From assembly GCA_038202795.1 (NCBI GenBank), contig JBBREQ010000001.1, positions 1 through 56,876 of the forward strand: a stretch of 56,876 nt of DNA. Direction: 5' to 3'. Both the position numbers and the translations under genes were made by a program. Shown here piece after piece: positions 42,520-52,431 of this stretch. The notes under the pieces were generated by a model. The model had not been told where the DNA came from and did no database searches. It saw only the letters and a list, made by a program, of their open reading frames with translations. Numbering within the stretch: position 1 is the first letter of the stretch; each line of letters begins with the position of its first letter. Origin of the DNA: Coriobacteriia bacterium. GTDB taxonomy: Bacteria > Actinomycetota > Coriobacteriia > Anaerosomatales > PHET01.

Positions 42520-43893
42520 ATGAGTGCCACAGCCCTCATTCTCGCCGCAGGCGAGGGCACACGGATGTACTCCGACACACCCAAGGTCGCCCATCGGGTT
42601 CTGGGCGTACCTATGGTTGAACTGGTGGTGCAGGCGGCGCGCGCGGCGGGCTGCGATCGAATCATCGCGATCACGGGTCACGAGGCCCAGACGGTTGAGG
42701 CCTTGATTCCGGGAATCGAGTGCGTACGCCAAGACCAGCAGTTGGGGACGGGCCACGCGGTTATGTGTGCCGGCGAGGTGCTCGCAGGCGTCACCGGCTC
42801 GCTCGTCGTGCTTTCGGGCGACACCCCTCTCATGACATCTGAGACCGTGGCGGGGCTCATCGCCCTGCGCGAGACCAGCGGCGCGGTGGCCACACTACTC
42901 ACCGCACACCTGTCCGATCCCACCGGCTATGGGCGCATCGTCCGCGACAGGGACGGTCGTGTTGAGGCGATCGTCGAGGAGAAGGACTGTACCCCCTCGC
43001 AGCGCGCGATCGACGAGATCAACACCGGCACGTACTGTTTCGACGCGGCCGTGCTCTTCGCACACCTGGACCGGCTGACCACACAAAACGTCCAGGGGGA
43101 GTTCTACCTCACGGACATGGTGGCGCTGTTCAATGCGGAGGGAATGGCCGTCTCGGCCATGGTCACGGGCGATCCGCTCGAGACACTGGGTGTCAACACA
43201 CGGGTGCAGCTGGCCGAGGCGACTCGGGTCCTGCAGATGCGGGTGAATCGCCGCCACATGCACGCGGGAGTCACCATGACCGATCCCGGCCTCGTCTGGA
43301 TAGCGCCCCAGGTGTGTATCGGCCGCGACGTCGAGATACTGCCCATGACATTTCTGATGGGCGATACCAGCGTGGGGGATGGAGTCGTGCTGGGCCCCAA
43401 CACGCGTGTCACTGATTCGCGCATCGCCCGAGACGCGGTGGTCGACTCGAGCGTGCTCATCTCGGCGGTGGTAGGTTCGGGGGCGATGGTCGGGCCTGTG
43501 GCCTATCTGCGGCCGGGGGCCGTGCTTGAGGCGGGTGCGAAAGCCGGAACCAGCGTCGAGATCAAGAACTCGATCATCGGCGAAGGGAGCAAGGTACCGC
43601 ATCTGTCCTACATCGGGGATGCGACCATCGGGCGCGGTGTGAACGTGGGCGCCGGGACGATCACCTGCAATTACGACGGTGTGCGCAAGCATCCCACCGT
43701 CATCGAGGACGGCGCGTTCATCGGCTCTGATACGATGCTCGTGGCTCCCGTGCGAATCGGAGAGGGCGCGATCACGGGTGCCGGGAGCGCGATAACCCAT
43801 GATGTGCCGCCCGATTCGCTCGCGCTTGAGCGAGCCGAGCAGCGAACGGTTGAGGGATGGCCGTCGCGTCAGCGGGCCAAGCGTGACGCGTGA
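42520..43893 (+). CDS. glmU: Bifunctional UDP-N-acetylglucosamine diphosphorylase / glucosamine-1-phosphate N-acetyltransferase
   Basis: ILAAGEGTRM N-terminal motif and a C-terminal left-handed beta-helix with hexapeptide repeats. Confidence 0.95.
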   Translation: MSATALILAAGEGTRMYSDTPKVAHRVLGVPMVELVVQAARAAGCDRIIAITGHEAQTVEALIPGIECVRQDQQLGTGHAVMCAGEVLAGVTGSLVVLSGDTPLMTSETVAGLIALRETSGAVATLLTAHLSDPTGYGRIVRDRDGRVEAIVEEKDCTPSQRAIDEINTGTYCFDAAVLFAHLDRLTTQNVQGEFYLTDMVALFNAEGMAVSAMVTGDPLETLGVNTRVQLAEATRVLQMRVNRRHMHAGVTMTDPGLVWIAPQVCIGRDVEILPMTFLMGDTSVGDGVVLGPNTRVTDSRIARDAVVDSSVLISAVVGSGAMVGPVAYLRPGAVLEAGAKAGTSVEIKNSIIGEGSKVPHLSYIGDATIGRGVNVGAGTITCNYDGVRKHPTVIEDGAFIGSDTMLVAPVRIGEGAITGAGSAITHDVPPDSLALERAEQRTVEGWPSRQRAKRDA

Positions 43894-43927
43894 GCAGGCG
43901 GAGTCGGACAGGGAGCGAGCAAAAGCG

Positions 43928-44890
43928 ATGTGTGAGAGTGGCAAGCGCATGATGGTCTTCACCGGCACCAGCAACCCCGAGTTGGCCGAGGACGTCGCGC
44001 GCCATCTGGGAGTTGAACTGGGCAACGTCAAGATCCGGAAGTTCGCCAACGGCGAGATCTACGTCCGTTACCTCGAGAGCGTGAGAGGCTGCGACGTCTT
44101 CTTGATCCAGAGCGTGACCGCACCGGTCAACGACTCGCTCATGGAGCTGCTGATCATGGTTGACGCGGCCAAACGCGCGTCGTCGCGCACCATCACAGCT
44201 GTCATCCCTCACTACGGCTATGCGCGCCAGGACAAGAAGAGCGCTGCACGCGAACCCATCACCGCGAAACTCGTGGCGGACCTACTCACGACTGCCGGCG
44301 TCGATCGGGTCATCGCGATGGACCTGCATCAGGGGCAGATTCAGGGCTTCTTCGATCAGCCGGTCAACCACCTGACCGCCCTGCCCATCCTCGCTGACTA
44401 CTTCGAGTCGCTCAATCTCGAGAACTGCTGCGTCGTGAGTCCCGATGTTGGCCGGGCCAAGGCCTGCAAGAAGCTCTCGGATATGCTGGGGGCCAGCCTC
44501 GCGATCATGCACAAGGGTCGACCCGAGCACAATGTCGCGGAGATCACGCACGTCATGGGTGAAGTGAAGGGCAAGATCTGCATCGTCGCAGACGACATGA
44601 TAGACACGGCCGGCTCCATCACTGAGGGCGCCAAGGCGCTCATCAACGCGGGCGCCACGTCGGTCTACGTGACTGCAACCCACGGTATCTTCTCCCCGCC
44701 GGCCTATGAGCGTATCGAGGCGGCACCGATCATCGAGCTCGTGGTGGTCAACACCGTTCCCGTACCCGATGAGCGCAGGCATGGTAAGATTCGCGTTCTG
44801 TCGGTGGCACCGCTTCTGGCGCATGCCGTTCAAAACGTCTTCAACGATGAAAGCGTCTCGGAGCTGTTCGATCCGGATTTCCAGCTCTAG
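43928..44890 (+). CDS. prs: Ribose-phosphate diphosphokinase
   Basis: FTGTSNPELAEDVARHLG, DLHQGQIQGFF, VVSPDVGRA and DDMIDTAGS motifs. The start could instead be ATG 43949. Confidence 0.93.
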   Translation: MCESGKRMMVFTGTSNPELAEDVARHLGVELGNVKIRKFANGEIYVRYLESVRGCDVFLIQSVTAPVNDSLMELLIMVDAAKRASSRTITAVIPHYGYARQDKKSAAREPITAKLVADLLTTAGVDRVIAMDLHQGQIQGFFDQPVNHLTALPILADYFESLNLENCCVVSPDVGRAKACKKLSDMLGASLAIMHKGRPEHNVAEITHVMGEVKGKICIVADDMIDTAGSITEGAKALINAGATSVYVTATHGIFSPPAYERIEAAPIIELVVVNTVPVPDERRHGKIRVLSVAPLLAHAVQNVFNDESVSELFDPDFQL

Positions 44891-44969
44891 ACCAACGAGG
44901 TAGGCGCGAGCCGCAAGCACTACGGGTAGAGACTGATCTGAGACGACACTGCTGTAAAGGAGCACTACC

Positions 44970-45602
44970 ATGACTGCATCCAACGCCATCAGCGCCACCA
45001 CTCGCGAGCTCATCGGCAAGTCAAGCCGCAGGCTCGCGTATCGCAACGAGATTCCGGCGGTCGTCTACGGTGGCGGGCGTGATCCCAAGTCGATCTCGAT
45101 CAACCGCCACGACTTCGAGCAGTGGCTCCTGCATCACGCAGCAGGCTCGACCGTCATCGAGCTGAAGCTCGAGGACGAGAAGCAGCCGCTGCACGCGATG
45201 ATCCGCGAGCTGCACCACTCTCCTGTGAAGGGCAACGTCCTGCACGTCGACTTCCTGGTGATCGCGATGGACAAGGTCACGACCGCGACGGTGCCGCTGC
45301 ACCTGGTCAACGACTCCGAGGGCGTCAAGGCCGGCGGCGTGATGTCAGTGAACCTCCACGAGGTCAGCGTCGAGGCTCTGCCTGCCGACATCCCGCAAGG
45401 CGGTATCGACGTCGACGTTTCCGCGCTCAACATCGGTGATGCTCTGCACGTCTCGGACATCACGTCTTTGAAGAACGTCACGATCCTGGATGACCCTGAG
45501 ACCATCATCTGCTCCGTCCAGGCGCCGCGCGCCGAGGAAGAGGAAGAGGTCGAAGAGGCCGCTGAGCCCGAGGTCATCGGGGCCAAGGACGAGGAAGAGT
45601 AA
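44970..45602 (+). CDS. rplY: 50S ribosomal protein L25 / general stress protein Ctc
   Basis: RBS AAAGGAG. GKSSRRLAYRNEIPAVVYG...HVDFL and an acidic C-terminal tail. Confidence 0.9.
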   Translation: MTASNAISATTRELIGKSSRRLAYRNEIPAVVYGGGRDPKSISINRHDFEQWLLHHAAGSTVIELKLEDEKQPLHAMIRELHHSPVKGNVLHVDFLVIAMDKVTTATVPLHLVNDSEGVKAGGVMSVNLHEVSVEALPADIPQGGIDVDVSALNIGDALHVSDITSLKNVTILDDPETIICSVQAPRAEEEEEVEEAAEPEVIGAKDEEE

Positions 45603-45644
45603 CGACCCGCTGTCGATGAGGACCTGCTGTCGCATGTGTGCGCG

Positions 45645-46211
45645 ATGACGTGGCTTGTGGTGGGGCTGGGCAATCCCGGCTCAGACTACGAACGCACCCG
45701 ACACAACGCGGGGTTCTTTGTGGTCGACCTGTTGGGGGAGAACCTCCGAGCGTCCTACTGGAAAGACGAGGCCGGCGCGAAGGTCGCCGTCGTGCATCCG
45801 GGCGACGACACGTTGGTGCTCGCCAAACCGCAGACGTTCATGAACGTCTCGGGCGCCTCGGTCAAGAAGCTTGCCCAGAACCACGAAACACCGCCCGAGT
45901 CGATCATCGTGGTCCACGACGACATCGATCTGGCTCCGGGGCGAGTGCTCTGCAAGCGTGGTGGCGGGCATGGCGGGCACAACGGGCTGCGCTCAGTGCA
46001 TGAGAAGCTGGGCAGCGATGCGTACCTGCGTGTGCGGGTGGGTGTGGGGCGCCCGCACGGGCGGATAGACGCCGCCGACTGGGTTCTACAGCAGCTCAGG
46101 GGCGAGACGCTCGAGGAGCTCGAGGACACGGTTCCCACCGCCGCACAGGCGGTACTTCACATCGTCGAGCACGGCATCGCGAGCGCCATGCAGGAGTACA
46201 ACGCTGACTGA
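45645..46211 (+). CDS. pth: Peptidyl-tRNA hydrolase
   Basis: WLVVGLGNPGSDYERTRHNAGF, GGHGGHNGLRS. Confidence 0.93.
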   Translation: MTWLVVGLGNPGSDYERTRHNAGFFVVDLLGENLRASYWKDEAGAKVAVVHPGDDTLVLAKPQTFMNVSGASVKKLAQNHETPPESIIVVHDDIDLAPGRVLCKRGGGHGGHNGLRSVHEKLGSDAYLRVRVGVGRPHGRIDAADWVLQQLRGETLEELEDTVPTAAQAVLHIVEHGIASAMQEYNAD

Positions 46212-46228
46212 GCGGGGCGCGACCGGAC

Positions 46229-47449
46229 TTATCGGTAGCTCATCGGGTTCTTGGGTGCTCCGTTGACGCGCACTTCGAAGTGCAAGTGCAGCCCCGTAGA
46301 GCTGCCCGTCGTTCCCACCGTCCCGATGCGCTGTCCTCTCGAGACGCTCTGACCGCTGCTCACCTTGATTCCACCGGGAGCCTGGTGCGCGTACAGCGTC
46401 GTGACCCCGTTGCCGTGGTCGAGGATGACGGTGTTGCCGTAGCCACCGCGGTAGCCGGCGTAGAGGACTTCGCCCTTGCCTGCGGCGACGATGCTCCGCT
46501 CACTCTCGGACCAACCACCACCCGAGCTGGGACGGCCGATGTCGATGCCGGGATGCAGCTCTCGTCCGTGGAACGGGCAGATGCGCATTCCGAACGACGA
46601 GGTGATGCGGTGTGAGGCGGGCACGGGCCAGGTCATGGTCCCCGAGAACTGCCCGGAGCCGCTGCCCGAGAGCATCGATGCCAGGCGATCTGACTCGGCC
46701 TCTTCTGCCTCAGCCAGCGCGCGAAGACGATTGGCGTTCTTGCGGTTGTTGGCAACCAGGCCGGCTTTCTGATCCTGGGCCGCTTCCTGAGCGTCGACTC
46801 TCGACTGGCGCGCCTTGCGCAGGCCGCGCAGCTCGCTTTCCACCGCGGCCGCCTCGCGGCTCTTGAGCGTCATCTGTTCGAGCGAGCGGTCCAACTGGGT
46901 CTTGGCAGTCGTGAGCGTATCTCTGGTCTGCTCGAGATTGGCGGCGACGCTGTTGTTCGATTCGATGGTCCGGTTCACCAGTTCCGTACGGGAGATGAGG
47001 TCGCTGATGTCTTGAGAACCGAGCAGTACGTCCAAGTAGAACCACGTTCCGCGCTTGTAGGAGGCCTCGACACGTTGGGCGAGTAGCCCACGCTGCAAGT
47101 CGTAGGAGGCCTGCGTCTCATCGATCTCGCGTTGCGTGCGCTCGCACTGTCCGCGCAGCTTCTCGACCTCGCTCTTGAGCTTGTGCGTGCGCTTGGTCGC
47201 CAGAGCGATCTTGGGGTTGAGGCTGTTCGCTTCGTGCTGGAGGTCCTCGATGCGCGCGTCGAGCCGCTCGACTTCCTTGGCGAGCTCGTTGGCGGTGGCA
47301 TCGGCCTGGGCCGCAAGCTTTCGGGCCTGTTCGGCGGCGTCCTGATGCTTCCGGACATCGGAGTTGGTCACTCCCGAGGCAGGCGCAGTCAAGCCCAGGC
47401 ACAACGAAAGGGAGAGGATGACGACGATGAACGCGCGGCTACGTTGCAT
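46229..47449 (-). CDS. Coiled-coil M23-family peptidoglycan DD-metalloendopeptidase (EnvC/PcsB-like architecture)
   Basis: Signal peptide, a ~250-aa coiled coil, and a C-terminal M23 domain with HPGIDIG (HxxxD) and GLHLHFEV (HxH). Confidence 0.85.
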   Translation of the reverse strand: MQRSRAFIVVILSLSLCLGLTAPASGVTNSDVRKHQDAAEQARKLAAQADATANELAKEVERLDARIEDLQHEANSLNPKIALATKRTHKLKSEVEKLRGQCERTQREIDETQASYDLQRGLLAQRVEASYKRGTWFYLDVLLGSQDISDLISRTELVNRTIESNNSVAANLEQTRDTLTTAKTQLDRSLEQMTLKSREAAAVESELRGLRKARQSRVDAQEAAQDQKAGLVANNRKNANRLRALAEAEEAESDRLASMLSGSGSGQFSGTMTWPVPASHRITSSFGMRICPFHGRELHPGIDIGRPSSGGGWSESERSIVAAGKGEVLYAGYRGGYGNTVILDHGNGVTTLYAHQAPGGIKVSSGQSVSRGQRIGTVGTTGSSTGLHLHFEVRVNGAPKNPMSYR

Positions 47450-47648
47450 GGCTCCATTTCCTCCGGTTGGCTGCTACGGTGTGTGCTACGAGTGCCGCCG
47501 GAAGGCGCAGTACAGCACGGAGTATACCAGTGTGCACCCCCTCACTCAACGCATACGCGCAGCCGCAGGCAGTTCATGTGGCGGGGTATACTCTGTCGCA
47601 CCAATCGCCGTTTTGGACCCACGCTCCGAACGCACAGGGGAGGGCTTC

Positions 47649-48488
47649 GTGTTTCGCATCGTTCACACCCGCCAGATCTCTGACGCCGTCTTCGAGATGG
47701 GCGTTGAGGCCCCGCGGATCGCGCGCAAGGCCCACGCGGGGCAGTTCCTCATGCTTCGAGTGGCCGAGGGCGGCGAGCGCATACCTCTGACCTTCTCGGA
47801 CTGGAACGCCGAGGAGGGCTGGATCCGCTTCATCTACATGCGCGTGGGCAAGACCACGCACCAGCTCTCGCACCTCTCGGTGGGCGATGAACTCGCGGAC
47901 GTCGTGGGGCCTTTGGGCGTTCCGACTCATGTCGAGGGCTTGGGACGTGTGGCGGTCGTGGGCGGTGGCGTGGGGGCGGCGGTCGCGTACCCCGTGGCCC
48001 GTGCGATGGCGGCGGCCGGCTCGCCGGTGACGGTGATACTGGGCGCACGCAACGCCGAGCTACTGGTACTCGAAGACGAACTCCGCGAGCTGGCTGGTGT
48101 GACGCTCGAGGTCATCACCGATGACGGCTCAGCGGGCGAAAAGGGGCTGGTGACCGCTCCACTCAAGCGGCTGTGCGAAGCAGGCGCGATCGACGCCGCC
48201 TTCGCTGTGGGCCCCGCGATCATGATGAAGTTCTGCGCTGCCACGACCGCCGAGTTCGGCGTGCCCATCACCGTCTCGCTCAACCCGATCATGGTTGACG
48301 GCACGGGTATGTGCGGTGCCTGCCGGGTGACGGTGGACGGCCACACGAAGTTCGGATGCGTCGACGGCCCCGACTTCGATGGTCACGGCGTCAACTGGGA
48401 AGAACTGATGAGCCGCCAGCGCATCTACGTCGACGACGAACGCCTTGCAGACGCCGACTATCAGCGGGAGTGCTCGTGTCACACCTAG
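47649..48488 (+). CDS. FAD/NAD(P)-binding, [2Fe-2S] oxidoreductase subunit (NfnA / sulfide dehydrogenase beta-like)
   Basis: GTG follows GGGGAGGG. RIPLTFSD (RxYS-type FAD motif), GGGVGAA, and a C-terminal C..C cluster (GTGMCGACRV...FGCVDGP). Confidence 0.8.
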   Translation: MFRIVHTRQISDAVFEMGVEAPRIARKAHAGQFLMLRVAEGGERIPLTFSDWNAEEGWIRFIYMRVGKTTHQLSHLSVGDELADVVGPLGVPTHVEGLGRVAVVGGGVGAAVAYPVARAMAAAGSPVTVILGARNAELLVLEDELRELAGVTLEVITDDGSAGEKGLVTAPLKRLCEAGAIDAAFAVGPAIMMKFCAATTAEFGVPITVSLNPIMVDGTGMCGACRVTVDGHTKFGCVDGPDFDGHGVNWEELMSRQRIYVDDERLADADYQRECSCHT

Positions 48489-49936
48489 ACGAGACCGGGT
48501 CGCCTCAGACCCCTGCCGAGAAGCCTCGTCACAAGCCAAGCCGCGCCCCGCGCACACCCATGCCGGAACGACCCGCAGATGTGCGCAGAGGCGACTTCGA
48601 AGAGGTCGCGTTCGGTTACTCGGCAGATCAGGCCCAGGCCGAGGCGAACCGCTGCCTGCAGTGCAAGAATCCCACGTGCGAGCAGGGCTGCCCCGTCAAC
48701 ATCCGCATCAAGGACTTCATCGGCGCGATCATCGACGGCGAGTACTCCGAAGGGGTCGAGGTGCTCAAGGAGCGCAACGCGCTTCCGGCCGTGTGCGGTC
48801 GCGTCTGCCCGCAGGAGGAGCAGTGCGAGGCCGCCTGCGTTCTGGCCAAGAAGGGCGAGGCCGTCGCAATCGGCCGTCTCGAGCGCTTCTTGGGAGACCA
48901 CGACCTGACCTGCGATCTCGATCACCGCTGCACGCCTGAGGTTGCGCCGCCCAGCGGCAAGCGCTGCGCGATTGTGGGTTCGGGCCCGTCAGGGCTAGCC
49001 TGCGCGGGGGAACTGGCGCGGCTGGGGCACGAGGTCACCGTGCTGGAGTCGCTTCATGCTCCCGGCGGCGTCCTTACGTACGGCATTCCGGAGTTCCGGC
49101 TGCCCAAGTCCGTCGTGGCCGCCGAGATCGAGATGCTCGAGACGATGGGTGTCACCATCGAGTGCGACCAGGTGGTCGGCAGAATCACCACGGTCGCCGA
49201 ACTCATGACCGAGGAGGGCTACGACGCGGTATTCATCGGCAGCGGTGCAGGCCTTCCGGTCTTTCTGGGCATTCCGGGCGAGAACCTCAACGGGGTCTAC
49301 TCGGCCAACGAGTTCCTTACGCGGGTCAACCTCATGAAGGCCTACGAGTTCCCCACGGCCGATACGCCGGTGTGGCGAGGGCGAAAAGTCGCGGTCATCG
49401 GTGGCGGCAATGTCGCGATGGATGCGGCGAGGACCGCGCTTCGTCTGGGCGCCGAGGAGGTCTTCCTCGCGTACCGCCGCACGGCTGACGAGATGCCCGC
49501 CCGCCGAGAAGAGGTCCACCACGCTCGCGAGGAGGGTGTGGAGTTCAAGATGCTGTGTTCGCCGGTGGAGATCAAAGGCCGAGATGGCTGGGTCACCGGA
49601 TTGGTGGCAAACCGGATGGAGCTGGGTGAGCCCGACGCGAGCGGACGACGCGCGCCGGTATGCGTCATGGATGCGGACTTCGAGATAGACTGCGACACCG
49701 TGATCACTGCGGTAGGCACGCGGGCGAACCCGCTGCTCAAGGAGACAGCGCCGGACCTTGAGCTCAATCGACGCGGTTACATCGTGACGAGCGATGAGGG
49801 TGCGACCAGCATTCCGGGCGTCTTTGCTGGTGGCGACATCGTGACGGGCGCCGCCACCGTCATCCTCGCGATGGGGGCTGGCAAGAAGTCTGCTGCCGCG
49901 ATGGACGGGTGGCTGCGAGGACCCCACCGAGATTAG
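48476..49936 (+). CDS. NADPH-dependent glutamate synthase small-chain-like oxidoreductase (NfnB/GltD family)
   Basis: The chosen GTG overlaps the upstream gene by 13 nt, and the start is uncertain. Motifs: RCLQCKNPTCEQGCPV, CGRVCPQEEQCE, IVGSGPSGLACA, VIGGGNVAMD. Confidence 0.85.
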   Translation: MSHLDETGSPQTPAEKPRHKPSRAPRTPMPERPADVRRGDFEEVAFGYSADQAQAEANRCLQCKNPTCEQGCPVNIRIKDFIGAIIDGEYSEGVEVLKERNALPAVCGRVCPQEEQCEAACVLAKKGEAVAIGRLERFLGDHDLTCDLDHRCTPEVAPPSGKRCAIVGSGPSGLACAGELARLGHEVTVLESLHAPGGVLTYGIPEFRLPKSVVAAEIEMLETMGVTIECDQVVGRITTVAELMTEEGYDAVFIGSGAGLPVFLGIPGENLNGVYSANEFLTRVNLMKAYEFPTADTPVWRGRKVAVIGGGNVAMDAARTALRLGAEEVFLAYRRTADEMPARREEVHHAREEGVEFKMLCSPVEIKGRDGWVTGLVANRMELGEPDASGRRAPVCVMDADFEIDCDTVITAVGTRANPLLKETAPDLELNRRGYIVTSDEGATSIPGVFAGGDIVTGAATVILAMGAGKKSAAAMDGWLRGPHRD

Positions 49937-50058
49937 TCCGCGCGAACCTGCCTTTTCGCTCGCGCTTGGGTACAATCGGTTGAGAGCGACGAACGGCTCA
50001 CGCTGCCGTCTGTAGGGCAGGAAGTAGCTTCCAATCGGTGCGCAGAGGGGTGCGAACG

Positions 50059-50808
50059 GTGGTCACTGAGTCGACATCGGTGCTCGTTATCGACGACGAC
50101 CAAGCGGTCGTTGACATGATACGGCTCGGGCTTGAAGCCGAGGGCATGCGCGTCTTGGGCGCAGCCGACGGGGCAGAAGGCATCGATCTTCTGGGCCGAG
50201 AACGCGTCGACGTCGTGGTGCTGGACATCGTGATGCCCCGTGTCGACGGGTGGATGGCTCTGATGGAGATGCGCAACACTCCGGCGACTGCGGATCTGCC
50301 CGTGATCATGCTGAGCGCCAAGACCCAGGACCTGGCGAAGATCCTTGCATTCAAACAGGGAGTTCAGCAGTACGTGACCAAGCCCTTCAGCGTCGCCGAG
50401 TTGGCTGCCCGCGTCGAAAGCCTCGCGCGCGCTCACGCAAGGCCCAGTGAGGACCACATGCCGGCGGGCGAGATCGAGTTCCGCAAGCTGGCCGTGCGAA
50501 AGGGCGGCAAAACGGTGCTGCTCACCATCGATGAGATCGTCTATCTGTCCGCGCGCAACAAGTCCACGTACGCCCACACCTATGAGAACCAGTTTCTGGT
50601 TGACGCCACCTTGGGTGACCTTGAAGGTCGTTTGGGGCGCGAGTCCTTCTCGCGTGTCCACCGCAGTTACTTGGTGAACCTCAATCGGGTGAAGGAGATT
50701 CAGAGAGTCGATGGCGGTTATGTCGTAGTGGCGACCGACCGCGACGAGACCCACATCCCTGTGGCACGACGTCAGGTTCGCGAGTTCCGAGAGGCGGTAG
50801 GGATTTGA
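50059..50808 (+). CDS. LytTR-family response regulator (REC + LytTR), no cognate kinase in the window
   Basis: GTG at 50059 lies 8 nt after AGAGGGG (the track starts at 50038). REC: VLVIDDD...DVVVLDIVMPRVDG...KPF. LytTR: VYLSARNKSTYAHT...SFSRVHRSYLVNLNRV. Confidence 0.85.
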   Translation: MVTESTSVLVIDDDQAVVDMIRLGLEAEGMRVLGAADGAEGIDLLGRERVDVVVLDIVMPRVDGWMALMEMRNTPATADLPVIMLSAKTQDLAKILAFKQGVQQYVTKPFSVAELAARVESLARAHARPSEDHMPAGEIEFRKLAVRKGGKTVLLTIDEIVYLSARNKSTYAHTYENQFLVDATLGDLEGRLGRESFSRVHRSYLVNLNRVKEIQRVDGGYVVVATDRDETHIPVARRQVREFREAVGI

Positions 50809-51833
50809 TCAAGCGCATCGCGGCTGCACTGGCCCTCGTTCTTCTGGCATCGGCGGTCTGGGCGACAGTGGCCGCAGCGGCTGATGAGCGAGTGCTCAGC
50901 CTCTCGGCAAGCAAGTTCGGTTTCGCCGCCGAGCCGGGCCAGAATGGCAGCGGCGAGGTGTTCGTCATCAACGAGGGTGCCCAGCCCATCTCAGTGCGTA
51001 TCTATGCCGCCGATCAGGTCATCGCCGAAGACGGTTCGGCCAGCTATGTGGCGCCCGGGGTCGATCCCAATCCGCTCACAAGTCCTGCGTCATGGGTCAC
51101 GTTCGCGCTGCCTGAGGATGCGAAGTCGACCGGGAACATCCCGTACGTCGACATAGAGCCGGGCGGACGAGTACCGGTCAAGTTCACGGTGGAGGTGCCG
51201 GAGAATGCGTCGCCGGGAGACCGTCAGGCGGTTCTGTTCTTCGAGATGTTCTCGCCGCAGGGTCAGGCGGAAGCGCCCACTGCGCGGGTCAGCGCTCGCC
51301 TCGGCGCGCGAATCCAGACACGAGTGAAGGGGGAGGTCGTCGAGAAGCTCGACGTACGACCGTTCGTCATGCCCCTCTACATCATCGGCTCGGAGCCGGA
51401 CTACACGTTCACCGTGCGCAACGAAGGCAACATCGATCAGCGCGTTGACGCGCGACTTGTGGTTCTTGACCGGTCGGAGAACGAGCGCCAATCGTCACAG
51501 GTGCTCACCGACACGCCCGTCTACGCGGGCTCGGCGCTCGAGAAGAAGGGCGTGCTTGAGCTACAGGGTATCGCGATCGGGCCCAGGCGGGTGCGGCTTG
51601 TGGTCAGCTATGTCGGGGATTCAGGAGTGGCCAAGACCATCGAGAAGGACCAGACCGTATGGGCCGTTCCGGTGTGGCTTGTTATCACACTTGCGGGGCT
51701 GTTCGCGGTGTTCGTGCTCGCCGGTGTGTGGGGTGCGTCCAGCCGTGCGGCGAGGAAGCGGATGCAGCGCGGGGAGCCCCCCTCGGAAGTGCGAACCTCG
51801 CCAGACGAACAGGACGAGCAAGACGAGGATTAG
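50805..51833 (+). CDS. DUF916/DUF3324-like cell-surface protein with C-terminal TM anchor
   Basis: TTG start overlaps the regulator stop (TTGA). There is a signal peptide and two Ig-like halves (PGQNGSGEVFVINEGAQPISVRIYA...DGSASY; WVTF...IEPGGRVPVKFTVEVPENASPGDRQAVLFFE). A TM helix (VWLVITLAGLFAVFVLAGVWG) is followed by an acidic tail. The family assignment is by recalled pattern only. Confidence 0.6.
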   Translation: MIKRIAAALALVLLASAVWATVAAAADERVLSLSASKFGFAAEPGQNGSGEVFVINEGAQPISVRIYAADQVIAEDGSASYVAPGVDPNPLTSPASWVTFALPEDAKSTGNIPYVDIEPGGRVPVKFTVEVPENASPGDRQAVLFFEMFSPQGQAEAPTARVSARLGARIQTRVKGEVVEKLDVRPFVMPLYIIGSEPDYTFTVRNEGNIDQRVDARLVVLDRSENERQSSQVLTDTPVYAGSALEKKGVLELQGIAIGPRRVRLVVSYVGDSGVAKTIEKDQTVWAVPVWLVITLAGLFAVFVLAGVWGASSRAARKRMQRGEPPSEVRTSPDEQDEQDED

Positions 51834-51861
51834 GCGGGTTCGCTGGAGCGCTTGGATCGGA

Positions 51862-51906
51862 CGAAGAAGAAGACCCCGGTGCGGTGCACCGGGGTCTTCT
51901 TCTTCG
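51862..51906. terminator. Bidirectional terminator, perfect 21-bp stem
   Basis: CGAAGAAGAAGACCCCGGTGC-ggt-GCACCGGGGTCTTCTTCTTCG, between convergent genes. Confidence 0.8.
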
Positions 51907-51930
51907 TAGTACCTGACTCGACGTGTTCTT

Positions 51931-52362
51931 CTAGAAGGTCAGTGCAGTGTACGTATAGGTGGCAGAGTAGGAGCCGGGATCGGCCCAGTCGCCGCCAGCT
52001 GCGGGATCGAAACTCCAGGTCTGCGCCCAGTCGAAGCCCGCAGCGCTCGGTGCCTTGGCGTTCGAGCTGCTGCCATTCATTGCGGGGCCCGCGGATGCGA
52101 AGAGACCGGACGCGTCGCCCGCCTCCGCCTGCGCCATGGTGTAGGCGACGTTCGAGCGAACGTTCACTACACTGGCGTGGGTCTGGACGCCGGCGGCCGG
52201 ATCCACCAGACCGAAGTCGTGGTCTCCCGGAGCGGTAACGGTGATCTTGCTGGCTACCTGCGCGCTAATGATGATGTCGCCCGTTGCCGCAAACGCCTGC
52301 GTGGCAAAACCGGCCAGCATTGCGATCGCAAGGACCGCCACTACGATGAACCTCTTGTTCAT
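51931..52362 (-). CDS. Small secreted beta-rich protein (WxL-/pilin-like), homologous to the C-terminus of 52649..55432
   Basis: ATG at 52362 follows GGGAG. Signal peptide ends ...TQAFA-A. About 115 mature aa ending ...DWADPGSYSATYTYTALTF. Confidence 0.65.
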   Translation of the reverse strand: MNKRFIVVAVLAIAMLAGFATQAFAATGDIIISAQVASKITVTAPGDHDFGLVDPAAGVQTHASVVNVRSNVAYTMAQAEAGDASGLFASAGPAMNGSSSNAKAPSAAGFDWAQTWSFDPAAGGDWADPGSYSATYTYTALTF

Positions 52363-52411
52363 TGCAAACTCCCTTCGTCGTGCATAGTGACTATGCCAGT
52401 AGGATGAAGCG

Positions 52412-52431
52412 CCTTCACTTACCTTCACGTA
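52412..52431. promoter_or_regulatory. Tandem 10-bp direct repeat in an AT-rich divergent intergenic region
   Basis: CCTTCACTTA CCTTCACGTA (9/10 identical). GTGAAT-N7-GTGAAT lies further downstream (about 52553..52571). Confidence 0.3.

Noticed and set aside
42895-44049. 384-aa ORF on the minus strand
   Set aside because: Antisense to glmU and prs; a shadow ORF.
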